54,628 nt of DNA from Candidatus Micrarchaeota archaeon. GTDB taxonomy: Archaea > Micrarchaeota > Micrarchaeia > Anstonellales > Anstonellaceae. The notes beneath the pieces were generated by a model. The model saw only the letters and a program-made list of their open reading frames with translations. It ran no database searches and was not told the DNA's origin. The position numbers and the translations under genes were made by a program. Shown one piece after another: positions 18,215 to 28,043 of the stretch (positions are counted from its first letter, which is position 1; every line of letters begins with the position of its first letter). The stretch spans positions 1-54,628 of the forward strand of contig JAOAJL010000007.1 of assembly GCA_026414185.1 (NCBI GenBank). Direction: 5' to 3'.

Positions 18215-18730
18215 TCAGAGAAAGCTTGCTATGCTTTCCCTGCTTCTTCTTGCGTGCCTTTCCGGCTTTTCAGCAGGGTAGCCAAGCGGAATGAGAGCGA
18301 CTGGAAATTCTCCCATCCCCAAACCCAAAATGCGCGCCACCCTGCTGTCTTCAAACGCCCCAACCCAGACTGTGCCAAGCCCAAGCGCAGCCGCGGCAAG
18401 CTGGAAGTAAGCCGCCGCGATGGTCGCATCCTGCAGAGAATAGAGTTTTGCGCCCCTCTGACCGTATTTCATGGCGCTTCTTTTTCCGTCCGCAACAAAA
18501 GCGGCGACGAGAGGGGCTTCAGCCAAAAACTCCTGCTCAAATGAGGCGGAGGCAAGCTCCCTCTTCACGTCTTCATCCTCAACAATAACCATCCGATAAG
18601 CCTGCAAGTTGCCAGCCGACGGCGCAAGAATGACGGCGCTGATGATTTTTTCCAGTTTTCTTTTCTCCACTTTTTTTGGAAGATAGCTTCGCACAGACCT
18701 CCTTTCCTCCAAGACCTCAAAAAAATCCAT
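18215..18730 (-). CDS. Nitroreductase family protein
   Basis: RRSVRSY, APSAGNLQ, LGLGTVWVG, LGYP. Confidence 0.93.
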   Translation of the reverse strand: MDFFEVLEERRSVRSYLPKKVEKRKLEKIISAVILAPSAGNLQAYRMVIVEDEDVKRELASASFEQEFLAEAPLVAAFVADGKRSAMKYGQRGAKLYSLQDATIAAAYFQLAAAALGLGTVWVGAFEDSRVARILGLGMGEFPVALIPLGYPAEKPERHARRSRESIASFL

Positions 18731-18746
18731 TCTCCCCCTCCTGCAC

Positions 18747-19316
18747 CTATTTGGCGGTTGCCCGCACTATCTCTGAGCGAGCCTGCTCCACCTGCCCGCG
18801 CGCAACATCCTGCTTCCTGCGGAAATTCGGCAGGAGCGAGTTTGAGAAGCGTATGGGCACAAGCTCGTCATAAATCGCCTCCATGATTCCGAAGTAGCGC
18901 TGCGCTTCTTTCACTTCTCCCTTCTTGAGCATCTCAAGCATCTGCCTGCGCAGCTCGCCTATCAGGTCGCAGCACCCCAAGAGCCACGGCTCAAAAGGCA
19001 TGCCAAGCTCCTTCCAGGAAGGCAGCTCCTTCCCCTCCACAGCTGCAAGAAGCATCCTTGCCTCCGCAATCTCCTGGTATGGCTGCTCCAGTAAATAGAC
19101 AAACTCCTCTGTCTGCGAAAAAGGCGCAATCTTCTTCTCCGCCCCCTCAATTTCCCGCCTGGCTTTTTCAATTTCGCCCGCATGCAGCATCTTTATCGCA
19201 TTTGAGCAGTGCCTCACAATCTCGCGCACCCTGCCCAATATGGCATCCTGCTGCTGCTCCCGCTTTTCAAGCTCCCTTACTATCTCGCCTACTGCCTGGG
19301 CAAACCTCTCTCTCAT
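18747..19316 (-). CDS. Translin/TRAX-like protein
   Basis: YQEIAEA, WLLGCCDLIGELRR, FRRKQDVAR motifs; start moved to 19316. Confidence 0.85.
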   Translation of the reverse strand: MRERFAQAVGEIVRELEKREQQQDAILGRVREIVRHCSNAIKMLHAGEIEKARREIEGAEKKIAPFSQTEEFVYLLEQPYQEIAEARMLLAAVEGKELPSWKELGMPFEPWLLGCCDLIGELRRQMLEMLKKGEVKEAQRYFGIMEAIYDELVPIRFSNSLLPNFRRKQDVARGQVEQARSEIVRATAK

Positions 19317-19385
19317 AACTTCCCCTCCGCAAGGCATTCTATTGCCCAAAAACAGGTTTAAAAATGTGCATAGCAAACTAATCGC

Positions 19386-20066
19386 ATGCGGCAAATTGTC
19401 GTGCTCTCCCTTGGAGGCTCGCTTGTAAATCCTGGAAAGCCCGACGAGGCATACGTCTCTTCAATAGTGCGCATGCTTTCAAAGCTTCCCTACCGCTTTG
19501 GCATAGTGGTCGGCGGGGGCAAAGCGGCGCGCATTCTGGCGGAAAGAGTCCGCAAGAGGGGCGGAAGCGAATTTGAGGCGGACGAGGCGGCAATAGAGCA
19601 GACGCGCCGCAACGCCGCTTTCGTGGCGAAGATAATCGGAAAGGAGGCAAACCAGAAAATACCGCACTGCTTTGACGAGGCGCGCAGGCTTTCCAGAAAG
19701 CACCGCTTCGTGGTGATGGGGGGCACCGTGCCCGGAATAACGACCGATTCGGATGCGGTGCTTTTGGCAGAGTGCCTAAAGGCAAAGCGCGTCCTGAACC
19801 TGTCCAACATTGACGGCGTCTACTCCGACAACCCCATAAGGAACCCTGAGGCGAAAAAGTTCCGGACTCTAAGCTATGAGCAGATGATTGAGCTGGCAGG
19901 CAAAAACGACATGCGCAAGGCAGGCACGCACTTCGTCTTTGACTTTCTTGCCTGCAAGCTGATTGCCCGCTCAAAAATAGAGGCGCATTTTGTCCATGGG
20001 AAAAACCTTCTTGACGTGCGAAAAGCAGTGGAAGGCAAGCCGCATGGCGGCACGGTGGTAAGGTAG
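19386..20066 (+). CDS. pyrH: UMP kinase
   Basis: LSLGGS, VVGGG, PGITTD, NIDGVYSDNP, GTVV. Confidence 0.94.
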   Translation: MRQIVVLSLGGSLVNPGKPDEAYVSSIVRMLSKLPYRFGIVVGGGKAARILAERVRKRGGSEFEADEAAIEQTRRNAAFVAKIIGKEANQKIPHCFDEARRLSRKHRFVVMGGTVPGITTDSDAVLLAECLKAKRVLNLSNIDGVYSDNPIRNPEAKKFRTLSYEQMIELAGKNDMRKAGTHFVFDFLACKLIARSKIEAHFVHGKNLLDVRKAVEGKPHGGTVVR

Positions 20067-20072
20067 CTGCCC

Positions 20073-21113
20073 CTAGTCCTCAATCTTAACCTGCCTGACT
20101 GCTATCCCAGCCTCTTTGAGCAGTTTGAGCGGAAGCTCGCTTAGGGGATACTCCGCGTTATAGACAACCTCCCTTATTCCGGAGTTGATTATCATCTTCG
20201 TGCAGATTAGGCATGGCGAAAAGGTGGTGTAGAGGGTGGCGCCCTTTATTGAAATGCCGTGGTATGCCGCCTGAACTATCGCATTTTCTTCCGCATGCGA
20301 GCATACGCATTCCTCAAGCTTTGTGCCGGAGTCCGCAAATGAGCCGCAGCGGGGGCATCCGCCTTCGTTGCAATTGCGTATGCCGCGGGGCGTTCCGTTG
20401 TATCCTGTTGAGACTATCCGCTTGTCCTTGACTATCAACGCGGCAGTGTGCCTCTTTATGCAGTTTGACCTGCTTGCCACGACCTTTGCGATATTCATGA
20501 AATACAGGTCCCAGGAAGGGCGGCTCGGCTTGAATTCGGAGGATATCTCCGCAAGAAGCTCATCCACCGACGCGTAAAGCTCCTTGAAGTCGGAGTCGTT
20601 TACAATCTTTTTTGTCGCCAAAGAGAACACTTCGGCAAGCCGCTGCCCGTGCTCGTCCTTCCCCTCAATCTCCAGCTTTTCTATGGTTTTGAAAGCCTCA
20701 AAGCTTCTTGGGTCGCCCTCCCTCCTTCTCGCCTTCATCCTCTCAAATCTGATTTCAGGCGGGGCAGTGACATAGACAAGCGTCATCCTGCCGGTCGCCA
20801 GCAGAGCGCGCGCCTCAGAAGGGTTCCTGATTGAGTCAATGACATAATTCCTGTCGGGCTGCAGCTTGTCAATCGTCCTTCTGGCAAGGACGTCGCTTCC
20901 GAAATTCCTCCTCATCTCATTGCCTTTCGCAATCAGCGCCTCGCGCGTTATCTCCTTGCCTTCCGCTGCAAGCTCCTCCCGTATGATGTCTGACAGCGAG
21001 TAGTAGTAGAAGCCCTTCCTTGCAAGATAGTCTGCGACAGTCCCTTTGCCAGCGCAATTCTCCCCCGTAAGCCCGATTATTATCGCCATCCGCTCACCTT
21101 CCAGTCGCGTCAA
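20073..21113 (-). CDS. P-loop nucleotide-kinase-like domain fused to dCMP deaminase
   Basis: GENCAGKGT and IDSIR; RPSWDLYFM, TGYNG, HAEENA, PCLIC. Confidence 0.9.
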   Translation of the reverse strand: MTRLEGERMAIIIGLTGENCAGKGTVADYLARKGFYYYSLSDIIREELAAEGKEITREALIAKGNEMRRNFGSDVLARRTIDKLQPDRNYVIDSIRNPSEARALLATGRMTLVYVTAPPEIRFERMKARRREGDPRSFEAFKTIEKLEIEGKDEHGQRLAEVFSLATKKIVNDSDFKELYASVDELLAEISSEFKPSRPSWDLYFMNIAKVVASRSNCIKRHTAALIVKDKRIVSTGYNGTPRGIRNCNEGGCPRCGSFADSGTKLEECVCSHAEENAIVQAAYHGISIKGATLYTTFSPCLICTKMIINSGIREVVYNAEYPLSELPLKLLKEAGIAVRQVKIED

Positions 21114-22017
21114 TCAGCTCAAGCAGCCTTTTAATATCCGCCACATTCACAATCGGCTTTCCGTAAGCCTCAACATCGTCCGCTATCCGCGGGCAGGCGG
21201 TGTTTATGTATGCGTCAAACGAGGCAAAATTGGAAATGGAGGCGGGATTCAGCTCGTTTGCCACAAGAATCGCCGCCCTCCTTCCCCTGCCCTCAAGCAT
21301 CCTTTTAGCCATCAAAGCGCCCGGCAGGTTTTTCTGGCCGCATTTTGTTGAAACAAGGATGCCAAAAGTCTTTGCCTGCGAAGCTGCCAAAATAGAGCCG
21401 TTGCGCCTGCGCTGCGCCATCCTCATCTCGTCGGTGAGCCAATAGGCGTCATTCGCATGCGGGTTGATGCAAAGCACTTTCTTGTCGGCAGAGATGCCGG
21501 TGGGGTGGAATTTGCCGCCCCCAAAGTAGACAATCGCCTCCGCCCCCTTCACATCAGCGGCGCTTGCGTCACACCCTAAAACCTGCCCCGCCTGCTGCAG
21601 GCGCCGGCCTCCCCTGCCAATCTTCACGCACAAGCCCTCCTTTTTCAAAATCGCCAAAAGCCTTCGGGCGTTTTTCAGGTGCTGCAGCGGGAAAACAACA
21701 GCCACGGTGCGCACCTTCTGCCTTTTGAGGAGAGCCACCCCCTTCTCAATCGCGGCGGCAGCCCTCTTCCAGTCCAGCTCAAAAAAGCACGGCACATACT
21801 CTATCCCAATCCTGCCCCTGATTTCCATGAACTTGGAATGCCCAAAGTGGATTATCCTGTCGGCTTTGACCTCCCTTGCTTCCTCAAGGCACAAGTCGCA
21901 GGCACCGTAGCAGGCGGAAGCCGAGACAAAGACGGTGTGCCCCTTCCTCTCAAGCTTTGCCGCCTCCTCCAAAGCCCTGTCTTTCAGCCCTTCGGGAAAC
22001 TGGATAAGAATCCTCAT
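21094..22017 (-). CDS. dph2: Diphthamide biosynthesis enzyme Dph2
   Basis: QFPEGLK, CYGACD, HFGHS, GQVLGC, TACPRI. Confidence 0.95.
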   Translation of the reverse strand: MRILIQFPEGLKDRALEEAAKLERKGHTVFVSASACYGACDLCLEEAREVKADRIIHFGHSKFMEIRGRIGIEYVPCFFELDWKRAAAAIEKGVALLKRQKVRTVAVVFPLQHLKNARRLLAILKKEGLCVKIGRGGRRLQQAGQVLGCDASAADVKGAEAIVYFGGGKFHPTGISADKKVLCINPHANDAYWLTDEMRMAQRRRNGSILAASQAKTFGILVSTKCGQKNLPGALMAKRMLEGRGRRAAILVANELNPASISNFASFDAYINTACPRIADDVEAYGKPIVNVADIKRLLELIDATGR

Positions 22018-22063
22018 GAGAGAATTGCTGTGCGCAACGAATAAAAATAGGGCTTGTCGGAGC

Positions 22064-22615
22064 TCAGCTTCCAGCCTTCTTTATCTTCCTTACCCAAACA
22101 TCAAAAACAAGGGTTTTGCCGGCAAGCTCATGGTTGAAATCCACTCTGGCGGCGCCCTCGGCAACATCAACGACCTTCCCAGTCTGCCCGCCGGCATATA
22201 TGCTGCTGCCAACAGCAATCTTCTCCCCGCCTTCTATCTGGCTGATGGGAATCCAGACGACCTTGTTCTCCTGCCGCTCCCCATAAGCCTCAGAAGGCAG
22301 TATCCTGATTTGCCTTTTTTCCCCTTCCCTCATGCCAATTAAGCCCGCCTCAAAGCCGGCAATCATCTGCCCACTTCCGACTTCAAATTCAAGCGGGATT
22401 CCGCCGGTATTGCTGTCAAAAATGCTTCCGTTCTCAAGCCTGCCGATGTAATAGACTTCCACCACGTCGCCTTTTGAGACTGCAGGGGCAGATGCGAGCG
22501 CGCCCTCCCCCAGATTCTGCGCCTGTTGCCGTATCTCTTTTTGCTCCTGCTGTATCTGCGCGCAACCGAAAACAAGAAGCAGCAGGGGTGCAAGAAGAGC
22601 CGCTGCCAATCTCAC
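22064..22615 (-). CDS. FKBP-type peptidyl-prolyl isomerase (SlyD-like), putative lipoprotein
   Basis: VFGC lipobox; FDSN, GFEAGL, EAYG, DFNHELAGKTLVF. Confidence 0.93.
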   Translation of the reverse strand: MRLAAALLAPLLLLVFGCAQIQQEQKEIRQQAQNLGEGALASAPAVSKGDVVEVYYIGRLENGSIFDSNTGGIPLEFEVGSGQMIAGFEAGLIGMREGEKRQIRILPSEAYGERQENKVVWIPISQIEGGEKIAVGSSIYAGGQTGKVVDVAEGAARVDFNHELAGKTLVFDVWVRKIKKAGS

Positions 22616-22645
22616 CGCAAAACCTCCATATCCTCGCCGACGGCT

Positions 22646-25042
22646 TCAGTCTTCGCCCTCGGGATACGGATGCTCCTGCTTTTCGGAAACGAGCTTTGAA
22701 AGCCTCCTGAGCAGGACTTTCATCTCGGCAGAGGCGACCACTCTCCTGGTCCGCTCAACCGCGTCCGGATTGACGGAGATGGATGTGAGACCGAATTCAA
22801 CAAGCTTCTCCGCGAATTCTGGATAGACGGAAGGCGCCTGCCCGCAGAGCGAGACGGTGACATTGTGCTTGTTGCACACCTTTACCACATGCTCAATCGC
22901 CCTCAGAACCGCGGCGTTGCGCTCGTCAAAACCCTCTGCCAGCGTTGCGTTGTCCCTGTCTATGCCGAGTATGAGCTGGGTCAGGTCGTTGCTTCCGATT
23001 GAGACGCCGTCTATGCCCTCGCGGCAGAACTGGTCAATGAGAAAGACGGTAGAGGGCACCTCAACCATTATCCACAGCTTGAAGTCCCTCGTGTGGTGTA
23101 TCCCGTGGCTTTTGAGCATCTCCTTTATGGCGCGCAGCTCGCCAATCCTGCGCACGAAAGGAAGCATGACCCACAAGTTTTTCATGCCGAACTCCTCGCG
23201 CACCTTCCTTATCGCCTGAAGCTCAAGGGAGAAAACCTCTGGCTCGGTGATGTATCTTGCGCAACCGCGCCAGCCCATCATCGGGTTTGCCTCCTGCGGC
23301 TCAAACTCCTCGCCCCCCTTCAGGTTGCGGTATTCGTTGGTCTTGAAATCCGTAGTGCGGTAGACAACCGGGCGCGGGTAAAAGGCGCTTGTGAAAACGC
23401 GCAGCTTGTCGGCAAGCTTGTCCACAAACTCCTTCCCCCTGCCCTCGCGGAGCATCTTCTTTGGGTGTTCTCCTATGTCGCCTATCATGAACTCCGCGCG
23501 AAGGAGGCCCACGCCGTCGCAGGGAAGCTTTGAGACCTTGGCAGCAAGCTCAACTTCCGCCAGATTGACATATATCTTCGTCCCGCAGACAGGCGCTGGC
23601 GCGAATGCGGCTGGTGATGGCTGGGCAGGCTGAGGCTCAGCCTCTTCCTTCTTTGCCTCCAAGGTTGAAACGTCCCCGTCATAGACAAAGCCCCGGATGG
23701 CATCCACGGTGACAAACTGCCCCTCCCGCAGCACCTGTGTTGCGTTCTTCGTGCCGACAATGCAGGGTATGCCCATCTCGCGAGAGACAATTGCAGCGTG
23801 GCAGGTCATCCCGCCCGAGTTGGTCACTATCGCACTCGCCTTCTTCATCGCGGGAACAAAGTCCGGCGTGGTCATCTCTGTGACAAGAACATCCCCCTTT
23901 TGCACCTTGCCTATCTCTTTCGGACCTGCAAGTATGACCACCTTGCCCTTGCCGATTCCGGGCGAGGCGCCAAAGCCCTCCACCAGCGGCTTTGCAGGGG
24001 AGCTTGCCGAAGCCTGTGGCGCAGCAGGCGCCGGCTTCTTCTCCTCTTCCCCCGCCATCGGGATGGACTCAAGCCCAACGGCCTTCTGCTTCAGCGTGGT
24101 GATCGGCCTTGACTGGACAATATACACCTTTCCCTCCGCAATTGCCCATTCAATGTCCTGCGGCTTGCCGTAGTGCTGCTCAATCTTTTTCGCAAGCTTG
24201 GCAAGCTCTATTATCTGCTGGTCGGTTATCTTCTGCCGAGCCTGCATCTCCTCGCGCACATTCACATGGACGTTCTGGTCATTCACCTTCGCAATCATCC
24301 AAGTCTGCCTGGCAACGTCCTTTTTCTTTATGGCAAGAGAATTCTTGTCAACAACATACCTGTCGGGCGTGACAGCCCCGGAAACCACTATCTCGCCAAG
24401 CCCGTACGCCGCTTCAATGGAAATTTCGTTTGCATCCTGGCTTACCGGATCAACGGAAAACATCACCCCTGCTTTCTCAGACTGCACCATAATCTGCACA
24501 ACAGCCGCAAGCCCGACTTTGAGATGGTCAAATTTATTCTGCGCCCTGTAGTATATGGCGCGCGGCTCAAAAAGCGAAGCCCAGCACTCCTTGACTGCCT
24601 GCACGCAGTTTTCCGCTCCCTTCACATTGAGGAAAGTGGACTGCTGACCCGCAAACGAAGCCTCTGGCAAATCCTCTGCCGTTGCCGAGCTTCTCACTGC
24701 GACATACGGCTCTCTGCCGTCCTTCACCATCTTGCGGTAAGCCCCAATTATCTCCGAGCGAAGTGCGGGCGGTATCTCTCCCGAGAGGATTTTCGTCTTT
24801 ATGGTGTCAGACGCCTTGGCAAGCGCATCGCTGTTTTCAACATCCAGCTCGGAAGTCTGCTCCTTTATGACTGCGTCTATCTTGTTGTGCCTTATGAACC
24901 AGAAATATGCCCCGGAAGTAGTGACAAAGCCGTCAGGCACAGGCAGACCTATTGACGCCATCTCGCCGAGATTTGCCCCCTTGCCCCCAACTTCTGCCAA
25001 GTTTGTTTTTCTGATTTCGGAAAACCACATGATATTTTTCAT
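22646..25042 (-). CDS. ppsA: Phosphoenolpyruvate synthase
   Basis: VGGKGANLGE, AVRSSATAED, SFAGQ, GGMTCHAAIVSRE, GSNDLTQ; start moved to 25042. Confidence 0.96.
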   Translation of the reverse strand: MKNIMWFSEIRKTNLAEVGGKGANLGEMASIGLPVPDGFVTTSGAYFWFIRHNKIDAVIKEQTSELDVENSDALAKASDTIKTKILSGEIPPALRSEIIGAYRKMVKDGREPYVAVRSSATAEDLPEASFAGQQSTFLNVKGAENCVQAVKECWASLFEPRAIYYRAQNKFDHLKVGLAAVVQIMVQSEKAGVMFSVDPVSQDANEISIEAAYGLGEIVVSGAVTPDRYVVDKNSLAIKKKDVARQTWMIAKVNDQNVHVNVREEMQARQKITDQQIIELAKLAKKIEQHYGKPQDIEWAIAEGKVYIVQSRPITTLKQKAVGLESIPMAGEEEKKPAPAAPQASASSPAKPLVEGFGASPGIGKGKVVILAGPKEIGKVQKGDVLVTEMTTPDFVPAMKKASAIVTNSGGMTCHAAIVSREMGIPCIVGTKNATQVLREGQFVTVDAIRGFVYDGDVSTLEAKKEEAEPQPAQPSPAAFAPAPVCGTKIYVNLAEVELAAKVSKLPCDGVGLLRAEFMIGDIGEHPKKMLREGRGKEFVDKLADKLRVFTSAFYPRPVVYRTTDFKTNEYRNLKGGEEFEPQEANPMMGWRGCARYITEPEVFSLELQAIRKVREEFGMKNLWVMLPFVRRIGELRAIKEMLKSHGIHHTRDFKLWIMVEVPSTVFLIDQFCREGIDGVSIGSNDLTQLILGIDRDNATLAEGFDERNAAVLRAIEHVVKVCNKHNVTVSLCGQAPSVYPEFAEKLVEFGLTSISVNPDAVERTRRVVASAEMKVLLRRLSKLVSEKQEHPYPEGED

Positions 25043-25172
25043 GCCAAAACCCCCCTCAAAGCCCTTTTGCGCATTCCCAAGCCCACCCAACTTCATCTGT
25101 GGCTTTTGCCAATTGCTCCAAACTCTCACTATAACTATTAAAAGGTTATGAAGCACGAACAACGTCGCAGAT

Positions 25173-25334
25173 GGGCCCGTAACTCAGCTTGGCCTAGAGT
25201 GTCTGGCTTTTATCAGCCCAGCTCTGTTGCGATTGCGCAACAAAAGCCGGCTGCGACGCAACCAGAAAGTCGTGGGTTCAGGCACCCTTCTGCGCTGCGC
25301 AGGCGGCTGCCGCCCACAAATCCCACCGGGCCCG
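25173..25334 (+). tRNA. tRNA-Lys(TTT) with two introns (25213-25260 at 37/38; 25280-25317 at 56/57)
   Basis: Acceptor GGGCCCG/CGGGCCC-G, anticodon arm TCTGG-CTTTTA|A-CCAGA, T arm GTGGG-TTC|AAAT-CCCAC; 76 nt after both introns are removed. Confidence 0.92.
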
Positions 25335-25385
25335 CTTTTTCCTCCCATTCAGCTCAAGCCCAAGTTTCTTTGCAAGGATGCCGTG

Positions 25386-26729
25386 CTATATCTTAAGCCG
25401 CTTCCCGTAAGTCAGCACCTTTCCTTCCGAGAGCTTTGTTTCTGCCGAAGGGGGAACTTTCCCCACCAGCTTGGGGGAAAAAAGGCGGCCTCTGCGGATT
25501 ACTTCCCTTGCCATTTCCCTAAGCTGCGCCATTTCCTTCTCCGAAAGGCACTCGTCGGCATAAAAGCCGAACTTCCCAATATCGGATTTTCCTCCCTTTA
25601 TTTTCAGGTGCTCCTCGTTTATCTTCCCGTAGATTTCAAGCCCCCTGAGCGTTCCTACACTGGTGATTCGCACCGGCCCTTTTGGAAAGTAGTTTCGGTT
25701 TTCATCAACTTCCCAGTCGCACTCCACGATGCGGTCAACCTTCACGGCGTTGGCAGCAGTGCCAGTAAGAAGGAGAAGGTCGGACTTTTTCGCGTTCCCC
25801 AGACTGAAACCGATTCTCATGGGCTGAAGCCCAAGCTTCTCCGCAATAAGCTCTGTTTTTTGCATAGTAAAGCCGGGGAGAGCGCCCGCTTCCACCGGCG
25901 GAGTGAGCAGGTAGTTTTTCAAAACTATCGCAACATTCTCAGCAGAGCCCTCCGTCACCGTCCCTCCCACGTTGCAAAACAGCACTTCCTTCAGGCTGCC
26001 TGAAAGCATTTCCAGCGCCCTCTCATACCTTTCGCCGGGAGGCACTCTTGCGCCATCAATGATTATCTCCGGCTTTTCCCTGGCAAGCCATCCAACAAAC
26101 TCCTTCATCCTTTCAACCCACAAATCAGACTGCGGGTAGTTGTCCGAACGCTTCATATGCGGGGCTGCCAGTGTCCGCGGTTCAGGGACAGCCAGCACCG
26201 AAAACCCGTCCCCTTTCTTTCCGTGGTATGAGGGCTTTGGGAAGGCAAAGATTGCAAAACCATAAACATCCGGTCCGCTTAAGGGGAGGATGTTGCTTGC
26301 GCCACGGTAGGCCAGAGGCCTGACGTATATCTCCCCTGCCCTGTCCCCCTGAAAATTCACAGGCTCGTTCCTGTCCCACCCGTTCATGTAGAGAAGATTG
26401 ACTATGGCAAGAAGGTAATCCTCGCGGGAAAATGGAACGTGAGATTTGCGAGAGTATTCAATGCCGTTCATAAGCCGCGCATAGTGCCAGTCCTGATGGA
26501 GCATGTAAAGCCGATGCCCTCCTCTCTCCTGCTGATGCACGACCACTACCGACCCTTCAAAAAAAGTGTTTGAGTAATGCATGCTTCTGCTTGTGACAGA
26601 AACTTGCGGGTCCTGCCCGAAATACTGGTCTGCCTTTCCCTCCTGCCCGCTTGCCTTCCAGTAGACTATGGTTTTTGACATCTCAGTCGGGGAAGTAATT
26701 GAATTTTCCATCCGCCTCACCACGCCCAT
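25386..26729 (-). CDS. Divergent class IV (branched-chain amino acid-type) aminotransferase
   Basis: HYSNTFFEG, YVRP, KRSDNY, EGSAENV, LPGFT, TGTA motifs. Confidence 0.75.
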   Translation of the reverse strand: MGVVRRMENSITSPTEMSKTIVYWKASGQEGKADQYFGQDPQVSVTSRSMHYSNTFFEGSVVVVHQQERGGHRLYMLHQDWHYARLMNGIEYSRKSHVPFSREDYLLAIVNLLYMNGWDRNEPVNFQGDRAGEIYVRPLAYRGASNILPLSGPDVYGFAIFAFPKPSYHGKKGDGFSVLAVPEPRTLAAPHMKRSDNYPQSDLWVERMKEFVGWLAREKPEIIIDGARVPPGERYERALEMLSGSLKEVLFCNVGGTVTEGSAENVAIVLKNYLLTPPVEAGALPGFTMQKTELIAEKLGLQPMRIGFSLGNAKKSDLLLLTGTAANAVKVDRIVECDWEVDENRNYFPKGPVRITSVGTLRGLEIYGKINEEHLKIKGGKSDIGKFGFYADECLSEKEMAQLREMAREVIRRGRLFSPKLVGKVPPSAETKLSEGKVLTYGKRLKI

Positions 26730-26783
26730 CCTTGTGCGGCAAACTCATTAAAAACCCTGCTTTGCCCACATCTTCGGATAGGC

Positions 26784-27446
26784 ATGGTGCAAGAGAAGTT
26801 CCCAGGGGTTTTTGTAGTCGGCGGAAGGCTTGCCACGCTTTCCCTCGCCCCCGGAAGCCGAGTTTATGGGGAAAAGCTCGTGCGCGAGGCTGGAGGCGAA
26901 TACCGGATATGGGACCTATACCGCTCAAAGCTCGCAGCAGCCATCCACAAAGGGCTAAAAGAGCTTCCGATAAAGCCCGGCTCCACTGTCCTTTACTTAG
27001 GCGCGGCGTCAGGCACAACCGCCTCTCACATTTCAGACATCCTGGGGAGAAGCGGCTCGGTTTTCTGCGTTGAGTTTGCCCAGCGACCGATGCGCGAGCT
27101 TCTGCAGGTTTGCGAGTTGCGCGAGAATATGCTTCCCATAATGGGCGATGCCAGAAAGCCGCAAGAGTATGCTGAAATGGTGGGCAGGAAGGTGGATGTC
27201 ATCTACCAGGACGTTGCGCAGCCCGACCAAAGCGAAATATTCCTGCGCAACAGCGCCCTCTTCCTCAAGCGCGGCGGGTGGGGGCTGATTTGCGTAAAGA
27301 GCCAGTCCATAGACGTGACTGCGCAGCCGAAAAAAGTGTTTGAAAAGTTCTTGGTCCAAGTTGGAGAGGAAATTGAAGTGAAGGAGAAAATTGAGCTTTC
27401 TCCTTATGACCTGGAGCATCTCTTCATAAGCGGCAAGCGCAGGTAG
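26784..27446 (+). CDS. flpA: Fibrillarin-like rRNA/tRNA 2'-O-methyltransferase
   Basis: VYGE, RSKLAAA, VLYLGAASGTTASH, DVAQPDQ. Confidence 0.96.
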   Translation: MVQEKFPGVFVVGGRLATLSLAPGSRVYGEKLVREAGGEYRIWDLYRSKLAAAIHKGLKELPIKPGSTVLYLGAASGTTASHISDILGRSGSVFCVEFAQRPMRELLQVCELRENMLPIMGDARKPQEYAEMVGRKVDVIYQDVAQPDQSEIFLRNSALFLKRGGWGLICVKSQSIDVTAQPKKVFEKFLVQVGEEIEVKEKIELSPYDLEHLFISGKRR

Positions 27447-27744
27447 CCTTTTCCCGATTCTGTTACAAAGGTATAAATACTCTTTCTTACATATGGGAAC
27501 ACACTGGTGCTAACCATGGCAGGAGAAACGCAAGCATTGGCAGTTCCCCTTGCAGTTAGCAACCGCTTTTTTTCAAAGAACCACCGCTCATGCCACTTTT
27601 GGCAGTAGAGCCTCTTGGCGTCCGTGACTTGGCAAATTGCGGGTGCCTCCTGACGGAAATCTCCTAGCAGAGCCAATTCTTTCTTCTGCAAAGGCGGTTT
27701 CCAAATGAAAAAAACCAGTGGAAACTGGAAAGGAGGGGTTTCAA

Positions 27745-27960
27745 ATGGTTAAGAACGAGGTGATTTGGATGATTGGCGTTGGATTAGGAGACGACGATGA
27801 GGGCATACTTGAACCACGCGGGCCTCAAGGTCCTCTGCCGGCAAGACTTATTGCACAGGCTTGCGCAGCGTATGCCCCTGTGCGCAAGGCTGCGTGCGGG
27901 CAGGCAGGCGGCGGTTCTCCCATTGCTCTTCGCGATGGCGGAGGTGGCGGTGATGACTAG
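27745..27960 (+). CDS. Possible small hypothetical protein
   Basis: ATG at 27745 preceded by GGAGGGG; no motif. Confidence 0.3.
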   Translation: MVKNEVIWMIGVGLGDDDEGILEPRGPQGPLPARLIAQACAAYAPVRKAACGQAGGGSPIALRDGGGGGDD

Positions 27961-28043
27961 CGTCAGAAGATGCAAGCTCGCCGCCATCAGAGCCGCGCTC
28001 GCCGGTGGTTTGCAGCTTGAGGGTTGCATAGGCGGGTGAGGGC

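Noticed and set aside
27949-28000. C/D box sRNA near fibrillarin (GTGATGA)
   Set aside because: No CTGA box D at a suitable distance
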